A DNA stretch of 64,000 nucleotides from Neodothiora populina (lineage: Eukaryota), in NCBI RefSeq assembly GCF_041146345.1, contig NW_027191408.1, positions 62,001-126,000 of the forward strand, in the 5' to 3' direction. The notes below the pieces were generated by a model. That model was not told where the DNA came from and did no database searches. It was given only the letters and a program-made list of their open reading frames with translations. Numbering within the stretch: the stretch's first letter is position 1; every line of letters starts with the position of its first letter. Shown here one piece after another: positions 24,941 to 39,500 of the stretch. Both the position numbers and the translations under genes were made by a program.

Positions 24941-26495
24941 CTATAGCTCGGTCTTCTTGCCGTCGCTGACGCTCAGAGGACCGTTCTTGACCATGAGGGT
25001 CATGACCTCGTAGAGAGCATCGGCAGCAGCCATGGTGGTGAGTTCGGCGTTGGTGTCGTAGGCAGGCGCGACCTCGACGATATCTGCGGCGACAAAGTTG
25101 ATGCCCTCGAGACCTCTGATGATGGTTCGGAGCTCACGAGTGCTCCAGCCTCCGGTCTCGGGAGTGCCAGTGGCGGGGGCGAAGGCAGGGTCGAGAGTGT
25201 CGATGTCGATGGAGAGGTAGACGGGGTTCTCGTGGCCGACGCGGTCGTGGATCTTCTTGATGATGCCCTCGGTTCCGATGGTGTCGATCTCGCGGGCCTC
25301 GACGATCTGGAAGCCGACGTAGCCGTCGTTGTCGTAGTCGGACAGGCCGGAGAGGGTGGTGCGGATGCCGGCGTGGATGTTGGTGTCGTTGCGCATCAGA
25401 CCCTCCATGGCGGCGTGGTAGAAGTAGGTGCCGTGGTTGATGGAGGCGACCTTGGAGGGAGCTCCACCGAAGACCTTGGGCTTCCAGGTGTCCCTGGAGA
25501 AAAGAGGGATGGATTAGCATATTGTTCCTCTTCTGACGTGGGAAAACGTCCTAATGCTTCTGCTATAGAAGATGAGTTTGGTTTAGCACTTACAAGTGAG
25601 AGTCAAAGTGGACAACAGTAATGGGTCCGTATGCCTTGTTCATGCTGCGGAGAAGAGGCAGGGTGATGGTGTGGTCACCGCCCATGGTGATGACACGGGG
25701 AAGAGTCTTGCCAGCCTTTGAGATACCCTTCATGTGTGCATTGGTGGCGGGCTCACGCATGAGAATGCTGTTGTGACCCTCCTCGATCTGCTGAATCGCC
25801 CACTCATTGTCATATCTGTTTGGAATATGGTAATCAGTACACTTGATCAAGCATGTACTTGCCGAGCTGTGACTTCTCGGGATATTTCGAATGCTACTTA
25901 CGAGGTAACGGGAATGTCACCGCAGTCAATGACCTTGGCCCAACTGTCGAAAGGGTTGGCTGCGAGAGGGACGTTGTATCCGCCGCTGAAGCGCACTTTG
26001 CGTGAGCCTTAATATCATGTGCATGGCGATTAGCCCGATCTGATCTTGAACATACTATAGATTGAGACGGCGAGAACCTTGTCTGATACCGCTAGGACCG
26101 AAACGAGCACCAGGACGGTAAGAAGTGCCGGTGTCAAAGGGAGCACCTGTGGGATAGATTAATGACGTGAACAAGCATTCAATTTATAGATCAATCGCTC
26201 ACCAATGAATGCAATATCGTACTTCTCGTGGTCGCTGGCAAGGCAAGGGTGGTAGTCAATGCGACCGAAAGTAGAGATGCCAGAGAAAACAGAGTCGGCC
26301 TGATTCCATACATTAGTCTTTCGAATAATGAACGTCGGGCCTGGTTTTCCATACCTGCTTTCCACCGTCTCCGGGAAGAGAGTTGTACCACAAGCTCTTC
26401 AGAGGACCGGCAATGGGTTCCTGTTCATGTTCGTGGTCACCATGAGCAGCAACGGTAGCCGCAAGTGCCGCAACGACAGCAGTGAGTTTGAGCAT
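24941..26495 (-). CDS. Agmatinase/guanidinobutyrase-type ureohydrolase (arginase family) with signal peptide; 6 exons
   Basis: [30 protein letters not shown] and [22 protein letters not shown] metal-binding motifs; introns about 26300-26354, 26147-26202, 25986-26055, 25816-25901, 25494-25593. Confidence 0.9.
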
Positions 26496-27818
26496 TTTGT
26501 ATGATTACAGCGAGGAACACAGCAGAGAATAAGAAGAACCTTGCATCGAACAGGAACTCAAGAAGAGGGGAAATCGACAGCAATATCTACTTGTGCCATT
26601 GGCAGCGTATGGGCCCATCGACCCAGCTCGAGGTGTTTACCTAACCATAGCTTGTAATGCTCTGATTGTGAGCTAAGCTATACTTGGGAGCTGGGAACGA
26701 TCACTGTTTACCACAATGACGTCTATTGTTCCTGGCGCATCCCTGTCATGTCGAAGGTCCAAACCCAGCATATGGAAGAGAAGTACAGAATGAATATGCA
26801 AGTCGACCCGCTATCTGCGGCCCCGCGCTGACACATGGTGATAAGGTACGGCGTCGTGAACGATATCTGTGTCCCCACCCACACAACCGTTCGACGATCG
26901 GAGCGGCTGGGTTTCCAAGTTGTTCGTACAGATCAGGTACCGAGGAGTTACTGCCCCAATTACTGCATCTCGCCTCCGCAGCTTCGCTAAGATACCAGAA
27001 TCGCAGCATTGATAAGGCATCGAGAAGCATTTAGATCTTCGGCCCAGAGTTGTACCACATAATCGCGTCGGAGTGTTGTCCTTGCTCTTTATACCATTTA
27101 TCGTCATTGGTCGAGGGCTTACACTTCTGCACTAGCACTGTTTTTCATAACACACGAATAGCTATGCAGAGTGATGCGGTGAGACGGAGTTTGTCCCCGA
27201 TTCGAGGAAGGTACTGATAGATGGCTACCGACCTTCTGACTACCCAATCTCTGTCCTGCGATAAGGCTGAATGCGAACATTACAGCATTCGACAAACGGT
27301 TTTATCAATTTTGGGATCGGGTTAAGAAAGGTCGGAGCGCGTGTTTCTTTTCCTCTTCGTCCGGGCTAGACACGGAGGTGACATATCATGCTGATCTACA
27401 ATGGGCGGGCGACCCTGGTCGGTATTGACTAAGAGCTACACATACCTATGACATCTTCCATCTACGCATCTCAAAGCACAGTGCATGAGATGATGCGCAG
27501 GGATAGCATTGACATCGCATGACTGTGGAGTGAGTAATCACGATTTGCTATAACTAGTTCGGGGCATCGGGATGGTCTTGTGAATGCTTGTGCTTTGGTT
27601 TCTATCAAAATCAGTATGCTGGTATAATGGTGTCAAAGGTCGAGGATCACCAATGTAGCTATATACGAGCATCACAGATATGTAGCACCCTTCGCGGGAT
27701 TTGTAGCGCTATCACGTGGAAGTAGTGAGTTGTAAAGACATTTGCTGTCAAAAATTGGGCCTCGCAACACCGACATCATATTGGAACAATTTTCATTGCA
27801 CACATAAGGCAGATCTAT

Positions 27819-29480
27819 CTATCTTCGCTCCTCATCCTGGAAGCCATCCACATCGTTGGCATCTCCAGTAAGTCCGCTTTCGACCTGCTCCCCTTCATCC
27901 ATACGCTCAAAAGCTCTCTGCACCTGCTTGTCCCAATCACTCCAGGCAACGATGACCCATTCACCGATTCCAACAATGTATAAAGCGATACACTGGCCGA
28001 CCCAAAGGCCAGCCAGACCCCATCCGTGAAAAGCCAGATGGATGCCCAGGGGCAGCGCTCCGCAGTAATAGCTGACAATGTTGACGATTGCACCAACATG
28101 TTGACGACCCATGCCTCGTAAAGATCCACCACATGATCCATTGAGACCATCTGCAATCTGAAAGAGGGCCACGTAAGGCATGACCTCTGCGGTGAGCCTG
28201 ATGACGTCCACGTCGTCGTTGAAGATCTTTGCATAAAAGTTTTTGACACCCATGAGGACAGCCAGAACCACTGCGCCTAGGATCATGGAAAGCCATGCGG
28301 CAACGTTCGCAGCGCGTGCGGCACCCTTTGCGTTTCGGGACCCGAGGAGGTTACCAACTCTAGAAGAGGTAGCAACACCGACTCCGAAAGGGATGGTGTT
28401 CATGACCTGATCGGTGGTCATAATGACACTTTGGGCAGCGAGAGGGATAGTGCCGAGTCTTCCGGCAGCAAGTGCCACGATTTCGAATGCCCACCACTCC
28501 GTACCAACATGAATGACACCCAGAAGAGCGAGTCGGGCAAACATGCCAATATTCTGTACACACCTTTTTGACCAACCTCCCCAGCATTCCCATCCCGAAA
28601 CAAATCTTGCATAAGCCAGAAGCATGAAGAAGGATATCCAGTAACATATACCTGTCGCCAAAGGAGCACCTAGGAGGCCCATCTCAAAGGTGTACACGAA
28701 GAGATAGTTCAGACCAGCGTTGAGAGGAGAAGTAATAAGAAGGACGTAAGTTCCGGGTCGCATAATTTCTGCACTCGATAATTAGTTACTATCAAATGAC
28801 AAACCGCTGATGGCGCATTTACCTTGTGCCTGGAGGTACTTCTTCATGCATTCGAAATATATGTAACCAAGTCCACCAGGAATAAGGACACTCAGAAACT
28901 TGCTTGAATCGCGAGAGAGATATTCGTCTTGCCCAAGCAGTTTGAACACTGGCTCAGAGCAAAGCCACAAGACAGCAACAGGAATATACATGAGTCCAAG
29001 GACCAGGAAACTGCGCTGCAAGATGATTCCGAGGTCATGCTTGTCCTTACTGCCAGTGAAACTGGCACTAGCCAGAGTGTCGATTGCAGTCGTTCCACCG
29101 AGGCCTATAAGCCATGCCGTTGCCATTGCGAACATATATGAGAAAGCCGCTGTAGCCAATGCTTCTGGCGAAAGGCGGCCAACCACTAGAACAGACACTG
29201 TCTGTAATGAATTCTGCAAGGCGTATGCAAGAATGACTGGGATAGATCCCTTCAAAAGCACCCAGAATTCGGCTGCGATCGCCTTCACCTTGGACTGGCT
29301 ATCGTCATCATCATAATTTGTATCAACAGTGCCTGCTGGTGGTTCGTCGTCGGGTTTCGGCAGTAAAGTCGTATGTTCATTGGGTTCATCATTCGTGTTT
29401 ATATCCGACTTTGACGGCCTTCGAAGGAATTTGGGAAGCCATGAGTGAGCACTCGCGACATTGTCTTGACGGCTTTCCAT
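27819..29480 (-). CDS. MATE family efflux transporter (ERC1-like); intron about 28769-28822
   Basis: AIDTLASASF, KKYLQAQ, EWWAFEIVALAAGRLG, RVGNLLG, LFQIADG, LRGMGRQ. Confidence 0.92.
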
Positions 29481-30956
29481 GTTGAAGGCAGTACGCAGCG
29501 AAGTCGATTACCAAGAAAGCTGAAGCAGGAAGAGAAGGGCAGACCTGTACATATCATACACTTAACACATTTACGAGAAGTCGAGGTTAGCGGGCAAGTG
29601 GTCCGCTTTCTGCAGGTCAACCCGACTGAGATCAGGTTCGCAGGCACTGATATGAGTATAGCCGAAGACTAGCACTGCTCTGCGATCCTCGTGAATGTGC
29701 ATGTAAAGTCCACACGTAACACAGATTCTGCCAGCGCACGGCGAACACTAATAGAAAAAACAAAACGCTCACCCTTGCATATCGGAAGACCTTCTCAAGG
29801 GCAACAACGGCTCGAAACTTTTAGTCACACTATGAGCAAGGTGTGCAAACACCACTGACAATGTGTTGTACCTTCAGGTGCCACATGTGCGATGATTCCC
29901 ACGACTCGAAGTGATGTTGAGCCCGGGGTGGGGAGACACGCTAAGGCCAGCATAGTCAGGTACCTGGCTTGTCAGAAACCCAAGTGGGCTTATCGGCGGC
30001 GATCATTGGATTTGACTAAGGCCCATCGCTAATACACTTCACGACATGCGACTGGCGGGCTTGAATTGTAATGACCATCACTCTCATCCAGTCCCTGTAT
30101 TTCTTTATCTCGATGTCGATACCTTCCTGTCCCGAACAGACATCCAAGTCATGCTCGTCAGAGGCTGTCGTGTTGCAGCTGTCTTGTGGCTGCATCGATC
30201 TATGCGTACCTTGTTCTGCCGCTCACGTACAGCTCGGTAATCTTGCGATACTAGCAAGCGAATACCAACCCAATTGTAATAGTGATTCGTACATGCATAG
30301 TCGAGTGCCCGCTTCTTTTCGGCGTCGTACGAATCCGCCGGGGTCTCACCAGACTTTTCCATTCGAACGTCTCCACCTATAACGCCAGTCGAGTCAGTAT
30401 ATGATTCGTGGATATTGTACAGTGTATTTACCATACTTGGCTCTATAGTAGAGTTTGTTAGATGCCTTGCGGATGCATTTGCCGTTAAACGGAACCTCGG
30501 GGGGGATTTCTGCTCGTGCACGTCTCGCACAGACATGGAACGGTCAAACCTTACATGATCGGGGCCGCAGTTCGCGGCAGCTCAAGCCACTTGGAAAGTT
30601 AGCGCTTTCACAATACAGCCGCGATGGTCAGAGATAAGGATCACTCGTTAAATGTTGAAGTGTTTAGCTACGCGCATGCGGTGCACCAGGGGCACTAGAT
30701 GGGAAGCGATCTCTTCGCCACGAGATTGTGTCTGGACCTATGTCCAGTGAAAGTTCTGATTAAAAGAACCCGTTGGCACGCCTGATCTTCCGACAGAAGC
30801 ATTTAGGTAAAAGCAAAGGCCTATTGCCTTGTCATATACTCGCATCTCCCTTGTCTATGTTGCTCCGTGAGCACCGGCTTGAGTTCCTCTTATACTGTTA
30901 ATACTTCCTTCCTCTATCGTATCAGTAACGCAGATCTGGAAGAGTGCTGCTAAGCT

Positions 30957-32719
30957 ATGAGCTTTTCATTGACCTCGTCGGATGACGAGAAACGAATGAG
31001 GACCATAGATAATGAGAAGGCTGTGACGCCTGGGTCAGACGGCATCGACAGGCGAACCTCCGAGGTCACCAAAGAGGGCGAAGTCATCAATGCCTCTGGA
31101 CACAGAGATCAATTGACTCGCCAGTATGGCCTGCTCAGTATCTGTGGTCTTGCTTTGACCATTGACAATGCATGGGTCGCTCTTGGAGGTTCCTTGACCA
31201 TTTCTCTAGGTAAATAGATATGTTCTCCCACGGGCGTTTAACTCTGACTGACTGATTGAATAGTGAATGGAGGTCCTCCTGGCGTTCTATATGAATTCCT
31301 CACGGCCTGTGTCTATTATGGCTTCATTGGCGCGTCTATTGCCGAGGTTAGTTGCAGTGATATCGCGTTTGAGTAGGACTTGGTTCACTAACTAAGAGAA
31401 GTTGACGTCCTCCATGCCTTCCGCAGGCGGTGTTTACCACTGGGCCTCTGTCACACCTGGCCCTAACTGGGGAAGGAGCATCGGGTTCTTCACAGGTTGG
31501 TTGAATTGGTTTGGCTGGATTTTCGACGCAGCTTCGATCGCATATATTCCTGCCAACGTCCTGGTCCAGATGTATGCAGTCTTCCACGATGATTTCGTCG
31601 TCGAGGCCTGGCATACTTACGTCGCCTTTGTGTGCGTCACTTGGCTTAGTTGTGCTATTTGTATTTTCGGCAACCGCTTCATCCCGTATCTGCAGCATAT
31701 CGGGCTCTTTTTGTTACTCGCCGGAGGTCTGATCACCATCATCGTCGTAGCCGCAATGCCCGAGAAGCATGCAAGCAATGCCTTCGTATGGACGGATTGG
31801 AACAACACATCTGGTTGGGGAGATGGCGTGGCTTTCTTGACGGGCGTGTTGAACGGCGCTTTCACCATCGGCACTCCGGACGCCATCACGCATATGGCAG
31901 AGGAGTTACCAAACCCCAAGACCGACATGCCCAAGGCAGTCGGAGCACAGATCCTGCTCGGTACCATCACCGCCTTCATCTTCGCTATCGCCGTTTTCTA
32001 TGGCATCAATGATCTTGATGCAGTGTTGAACAGTTCGGGCTCTTTTCCTCTTGCCGAGGCATATGCTCAGGCCACTGGCAGCAAGGGCGGCACCTTCGGC
32101 CTCCTGCTCATCTTGTTTCTTTCCGTCATGGTCTGCGTTATCGGCACTTTCCTTACCTTGGGCCGTATCTTCTGGGCTTTGGCTCGTGACCGAGCGACTC
32201 CGTTCCACTCATTCTTTTCCAAGGTCGACGAGAGACTCTCCTGCCCTGTACCTGCAACAGTCCTTACCGCAATCATGGTCACTGGGTTCGGAGCTATCTC
32301 TCTTGGCTCGGCGACAGCATTCAGCGACCTCGTTGGCTCCTTCATCATCCTGACAACCGCAAGTTATTTCCTTGCCATCTTCCCAAACCTCTTGACCGGA
32401 CGCAAACACCTCAAACCAGGCCCATTTCACATGGGCAAACTTGGATATGCCATCAACGCAATTTCTTGTGTGTTGATCATCTTTTTCGACACTATGTTTT
32501 GCTTCCGTAAGTCTCCATCGGTTCGAGTTGCATGGCCTGAGCTAACAATGTTATTTAGCATACGGAATGCCTGTCACAGCCGACATCAGCTTGATGAACT
32601 GGAACTCAGTCATTCTTGTTGGCATCATTGTCCTCATCAGTGTTTGGTGGCTGGTCTATGGTGCACACAAATACCCTGGACCAAAGATAGTAGGCGTGTA
32701 CACTCAAGGTGTACAATAG
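30957..32719 (+). CDS. APC-superfamily choline/amine permease (HNM1-like); 4 exons
   Basis: NASGHRDQLTRQYGLLS, NGGPPGVLYE, AELTSSMPSAGGVYHW, GTPDAITHMAEE; introns about 31210-31263, 31347-31401, 32507-32558; spliced frame stops at 32719. Confidence 0.88.
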
Positions 32720-33713
32720 TTTGCTCTTCTCTCGTATACCCGCTTCATGTTTTAATTCTAGATCTTTCACGTTACGTACAGTCTTTCCGATCGAGCTTCA
32801 GTTGACCGAGTACATCGACCATTCGTTACCTCCTCCAGCCATCGTTACCGCATATGTTTTTCGAATATGTCCGATCAACTGCAAGTACTAGTATAAGAGC
32901 ATCAAGAAGTTCAGCACGCGATCAGGGAGTGAAGTTGCAACAAGCATTGACTGTAGGTAACGGGTGTTGAGTAAGAGTTTCTGATTTTTACATAATGACT
33001 TCTACGAGCCGTACCGCTATACATGGCGGGAAGTCTCTCCGTTTCGAAGCACAGGTAAGGTATGGGGAAACGTAACGTAAAAAGCTTCTTTCAATTACAT
33101 CTGGTATGCGAAACATAGGTATTCTGCTACACAGTGTTCTACATCTGCCCATTATTACGCACGATATCTTTTTCGTTTGCGGTGCGGCATGCTGTGCAGT
33201 TTTGGCACAAGCGTTTCATCTCTGTGCACATCCTGAAAAAGCAATTACCCCGTAATGTGGAGGTGCATATTGCGCTGGGAGAGTATTTCGCATTGGGTTG
33301 TACAATGCAGGCAATTCTTGCATCAAATCACAGATTGATGATAGGATCAAGATTGTTTCGAAACATCACAGATACGGCGATCGCTAAGGTACATCTAGGC
33401 ATCACAATTGTTGACGTCTTGGTGTTGCTTTCGGTGTTCGTATAGCGGAAGTGGATGCGAACTCCGAGATAGGGCTAGCTGAAACGTTATACCGCGGACG
33501 ATGCGTTATCGTCTATCATTCACCTACCGCATGTGAACATACCTTAGGCACACCATATTCTTTCCCAACCCCTTATTATTTACGATTCCCTTCGAACAAT
33601 TGGGTCACCAGTATGTTGAAGTGAGGTAAGCAGTTTGGAGCATTCTAGGCTGTGCCCACAACTGCACCATAATCCAATTGCTCCTCTCTGCAATTCTGTC
33701 GCCCCTCTGCATT

Positions 33714-35537
33714 ATGAAGAAGAGCCCGGGTGGGACGTCCATTTCATCTGAGAGTCTTGTGCCGTCGAACGGGAATGTCGAAACAATGTCTAAAGACGTT
33801 GTCCATGTTCAGAGTGATTCGACGACTGAAGAGACACCACTGATCAACCACAAGATCTCAGAATCCATCGCTAGTGGTAGCCTCGACATTCCACACCCTC
33901 ACTTAGTGACGAACCCACGCGGCATTGTATACATATGTATACTGCTCGCTATCTTGCTACAGATCGGCGATCAGTTGATGGAAGTGCCCTTCACGCGCGT
34001 ATATGAAAGCATATACTGTTACAAATATTGGGAAGTCCATGATAGCTCTAAGCTGCTTCAGGGTAGAGACGTGGTAGGACCTGGTGCGATTGGTGGTGTG
34101 AGTGAGGCACTCTGCAAGATTCCCGAGGTACAGGCAGATGTGGCAGCTCTAATGGGCAATCTAGCCTTCTTCAATGGCATACCTTGTAAGCATACCATGC
34201 CTTCGAAAGCAGAATGTAAAGCTAACGCTGTAGGAAGCTCTGTTGCTTGCGATTCCCTTTGGGATCTTAGCAGACAGCTGGGGGAGGAAGCCCGTGATAC
34301 TGCTTGGTCTATCTTCATTCCCACTGTGCGCAGCGTGGATCATGTTCGTCTGTACGTGTTACATGTGGCAGGCAGGAAATGGGCAACCTTGTGGCATCTC
34401 GTGGAAATCTTGCTGACATCCGCGCAGGTTGGTTCTGGCAGTTCTTCGACATCCGGCTTATCTGGTTATCGTCGTTACACGGAATCATGGGGGGCTCCTC
34501 GACAGTGGTCACCGCTCTATTCCTGACGCTTTTGTCAGACTTGGTCCCAGAAGAGTCCAGGTAGGTTGTAGCTGATGTCTGCAAGGCATACATAGACTTG
34601 CTGACCACGAAGCGAACTTAGAGCCACCGTTTTCCTCCAAACACACGCGGCTACCCTTGCAATGAGCTTCGTTATTCCTCCTCTTGCAGCATCTTTGATG
34701 GTGATTGATCCTTGGATACCATTATTTTCGGGACTGGCTGCTCTTACTTTCTCCATATTTTTGATGTACTTTATTCCGGAAACCATCCACCATCATCACG
34801 CATCAGTTTCTGGCACGCAACAGAGGGAGCCACCGGAAGCTGAGTCCACTCGTTCAACCTGGATTGCGCCACTCAAGGCAATGGGTAGACTCCTTCTCTC
34901 AGATTGGCGTGTGTCGGGCCTCATTGCTACATTCACTTTCCAGTCTTACTCGACATCGTGGACGACAGTACTTTTGTTGCAATATGCGAGTACACGATAT
35001 CGCATGTCTCTCACTAGAGCTACGTTCTACGTGTCACTTCGAGCTGGCTTCACGGTCCCTATCTGCCTTGCCTTGACACCAATCGTTGCGAAGCTGTTGC
35101 TGAGCAAATTTGGTTACAATGCCAAGCAGAGAGATCTTGTCCTAGCCCAAGCGTTGACCGTACTGACATGCTTTGGATGGCTGCTAGTTGCTTTAGCTCC
35201 GACCATTGCCATGTTCGTGGGGTCTTTACTCGTGCTCACTCTAGGGTGTGGCTATGCTACGTTTCTACGCACGGTCATGACAAGCCTTGTCGCTCCTAGC
35301 GATGTCGCAAAATTGTATACTGTTATCAGTGTTGTGGACACAGTTGGCATGATGGGTGGAAGTCCATTGTTCGCCTGGTTGTTCAAAGTGGGCCTGAACA
35401 TAGGTGATGGTGGAGCAGGCTTACCATTCTGTTGTCTAGGCATTTTCTACGCTGCATGCGCCGGTCTGGCTTTCTGCGTCAGGATCAGAAAGACTGACCG
35501 AGGCGAGCAGATAGATGAAGAGTTCACTGAACCTTAA
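33714..35537 (+). CDS. Major facilitator superfamily transporter; introns about 34186-34237, 34352-34428, 34561-34621
   Basis: Spliced motif A (PFGILADSWGRKP), CKIPEVQADVA loop, about 12 hydrophobic segments, AKLYTVISVVDTVG. Confidence 0.85.
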
Positions 35538-37862
35538 GTACTGACGCGATCACCAGATCGACCAAGACGTGTCAGGATGAAGCTGCTCGACTCATTATGT
35601 TTTAATCGAGACTTTATCGATGATATTTTTGCAGTATTCTCCCATACCGAGTGCTGACTCTCCGTGCAGAGGCTCTGGCTTTTGAAATCTCACATGCAAT
35701 GAGAGCTGTGATTGGATGGAGTATAAGGTGTCTTACTCGACGAAGCTGGTTCTCCACAAGAACGTTTGCCTCTCTTTCCGTACGAGTAAGGCTCAACGTT
35801 TCCATAACGGACGATTAGTGGAGAGCATAGGATTAATAGCGTTGGACTTTTCCGACTCTACACGCTCTTTGCGAAGCTCGGAGTAAGGTCCCGTATGCTT
35901 CGTCTCGAAGTACGTTTAGCAACGAAGTCCTGCCGTAGATGATCTTCAGGCTTGGCCCGTGTGTAGCATCAACAGTGGAGTGGTCGCCCGTATAATACAA
36001 GAAACACGACCTGAACAGACATGTGGCAGATATCAATCAATCTGACCAAAGTACCGAGGGAATCCTCAAGAGAGCGCAGACCATTCGGCACTAAACATTT
36101 GACGAGTCCAATTGTATGTGCAGTGCAACACGAGCCCAATCTATTCGCGACCTGATCCTGTCCTGACGGCTATAGAAGAATGGAATCGGACAGGACCGAC
36201 TGCTTGGCCGCATGTACGAGTACATCATCTCGGGGATATATCCCTGATAGTGATAGTGGAACAGGCGTTCGGGCCCAGTATGTGCACGTGGAATAGATGA
36301 TCCATCGGCTACGACTACGATCATGCTAATCACACAGTAGACTGTCCAACACAAAAAAGTTCGAGGGCGATGACCTCGCCTGATAGCTGGAACCTTGTCG
36401 AGGGTCCGACATAGACGTTGCGTTCACATCTATGTCAAAATCTATGTCAACAGACCCTGAGTCGTTCGAAAGAAGTCCGACTCGGCACATTCCAGTGCAG
36501 ATCCGACAATTCAACAACTTGGAATAAATACGATTGGACATGGAACATTGTTGCACGTAAAAGACATACGTTTGGGACGTAGATAAGACCAAGCGGATCA
36601 CGCGATATGGCCATTGCACAAAGTCTGGATGGGAACGTCCTCCCCACGTTCAGTAGGGACCAACAGCCAGAATAGAGTTTGTGCAATTAGAGTTTTGGCT
36701 CGCAGAATTAGCAGCCAATGCCACGCGTAGTGCCCGCATCCAATTACGGCGCTACGCCTGCAAGTAGAACTTCTTGATACCGACTCAGCATGCCGTCGAA
36801 CTCTGGACAAGTCAACTGGAAATGAGCTTGGTCTCGCGACAGCAGGGATCTACGGCTGAGTAAGAATGCCTGCGAGTCATTGAGTGTTTGACCAGATCTT
36901 GATCGCGCCAATGTGCTAAACGGCTTCCAGTCGCATGGAATCCATCAATATGCTGCTTGCGACAGCATTTGTTACTCGACTCGTGCTTTGGACGATCCTG
37001 TGTCTCACGGCATGACGCTGCATAACCTTTGGCGTTGCAACTTCTGTTTTGTGGGCATGGGTCTGGGACTATTGCAAGCCAATGATCCTGGAAGCCGTTT
37101 TGAATTTCTTCTTCCATATAGAACAATCACGGACCTTACTTTGGCTTAGGGGCTATTGTAGGTCGTTGACCCCTGCACCCTTCTTTCAGTACCGGCCGGA
37201 CCTTGACTCTAGCCGCCACCAGAAGACGATCAGGTCGACCTAACCTCCGAAGTTGCTGAAGGCTGAACCTTGAGGTCAATGTCGCGAGATCATGTTCTGA
37301 CCGAGCTCATGCAAGAAAGGGGAATTGCCATTGCAGTTTCAGAATCAATTACACTGCGACCCTGCCCTATCTAGGCATGCTGGAAGGATGATAGCGGCAG
37401 TGCGGCATTCTCGAACCGCGGTACACCATTAGGGAGCTGAGTCGCGCTCACCTTGAGCCGCACTCACCAGGACCCGCACGAACCAAGAACAGTAAGGGCT
37501 ACAAAATTCCCTTATCATCAATACATCAATGCTAACAGCCTTGGAATGGCTAGACGTCGTGCGTGGTCTCAGTGTGGCTTACCTATGGAAAACGGTGATC
37601 GTTTCCAGGTACAATAGCAGTTGCATCGACATCCCATGCTTCAGACGGTTTGCTCACTTCCCAGCCCGTAGCATATACTTCTCTACGCAGTGAAGTGGGA
37701 TCAGCGTTACACACCGCTCGCCCAGATATCCATGGACATGTCATAGCTCTATTGCGACATACCTTTTCTATTTTCTCCATTGACATCTCAAGCTAAGCAA
37801 GTTCATCACTACAAGGTCGATCCCCGGGATCGTTGCGGCTGGGAGCTGCTGTCTATCTCAGT

Positions 37863-39500
37863 ATGTTCATTCTTGGGAGAGAAGAGACTTTGTCGTTCGA
37901 CAAGAGTTTCCAAGATGAACTCACAAGGGAGTCTTGGACTATGTACGCCTTGGGCATGTTATTCATAATGTTGAGATCGTAAGTGCAGTTATTCGTAAAG
38001 CCTCGAGTACCATAACATGTTACTGAATTCTCTGATCAGGTTTGCGCGGATACGGCGGAATGGGATCAAAGGCCTGGCGCCGGATGACTATTTGATGTGG
38101 GTGGCCGCGGTGAGTCTCTTTGGCTGTATATCTTTCGAATTGGTCGCTGAATCATGTAGGGTTGGTACACTATATTGGTGGTTTGTCTGAATGTCATTGC
38201 CGCTGGCGGCGGAAGCAATCTCTATCCGCCGGACGAGTTCGACACTTTCAGCCCCTCAGAAATCAAAGAACGAATAAAGGGATCTAAAATTGTCGTTCTC
38301 TCGGAACAAGTAAGGGCTGCGCTTCTGCCGTATGGACACACTTGCTGACTACTCTGCTCAGTCTATGTTGAACATGATTTACACGCTCAAAGTGTGCATG
38401 CTTTTCATCTATACGCGCTTGACGCTGCAGCTCAAGCACCAATTGTTTGTCAAGGCATTGGCGGTCTATGTAGCTGCCGGCTATGTTGGAACGCAGCTCG
38501 CCTTTTTCCTTGCATGCAGGCCGTTCACAGGCTACTGGGCAATGCCTCCACCGAACCGTAAGCATCGCCTGATCACATCTATTGACACATTAGGCATACT
38601 AAACTTGTGGTAGCCCAATGCACAACGCTGCAGAACTACGCTATAACGCAGGCGTGCTTCAATATCAGCTCCGATGCCTTTATGCTGGCAATATCTCTAC
38701 CACTATTACTCAACACGACGCTACCGGTTAAGCAGAAAGTTGTCTTGGTGGGCATCTTCGGCATGGGTCTTTTCATCATCATAGCTGCAATTCTCACCAA
38801 AGTTTTCAACCTCGCAGATCTATATAGCACGGTCTATATGCTGTGGTATGTGCGAGAATCAAGCGTCGCGGTCTGGGTGACGAATCTCCCACTCATCTGG
38901 CCTCTGCTCCGCGAAACCTTCCCCATGCTTCGCTCCTTCACCCCCGGCGCGCGCGCCTACTCTAGCTCTGGTCACCACAATTCCCGCACAAGAGGACTGG
39001 GCTCAAAACTCGGATTCTACGGCCACGGCACGAATGCACGGTCCAATACCGCATCAGGAGTGCCAGGCGGCAGCAGTACCACAAAAAGCGGTACAAAGAT
39101 CTCGACGAACCGGAGTTTCGCACTCGACACGTTGCGCAGCCATAAGAAAAGAGGGGTACTAGAAAGCAGCATCAGTGTCGACAGCGACGAGCGCGAACTC
39201 ACGGGCAACGGAAGCATCAACGGCGGCAAATTCCCGGCGCATGGGGGCATCAGCACCGAAACCACCATCGACGTCGAGGAACACAGCCTGCGCAATCTGG
39301 AATCCGGAGAGTCGGGCCTGCCCTCGGATCTGCATCAGCATGGATGGGAGCGAGACCCGGAGGATGTGAGAAGATACCACGTCAGGATCCGTGGTGGCGA
39401 CGTAAGAGGAGACTCTGTGGTCCTGGGATCCGCATCGCGAACGCCGCCCGAAAGCGGCGCATATCTCGAGCCGCCTCCGGGGCGGAAGCCATCAACTTAA
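37863..39500 (+). CDS. PTH11-like (fungal rhodopsin-domain) integral membrane protein; 5 exons
   Basis: ESWTMYALG...R, DDYLM, LKVCMLFIYTRL, CRPFTGYW, NISSDAFMLAISLP, WYVRESSVAVWVTNLP; no CFEM domain seen. Confidence 0.85.

Noticed and set aside
35600..37800. Possible gene relic between the MFS and PTH11-like genes
   Set aside because: Frames are broken by stops and I recognised no family; needs BLASTx.
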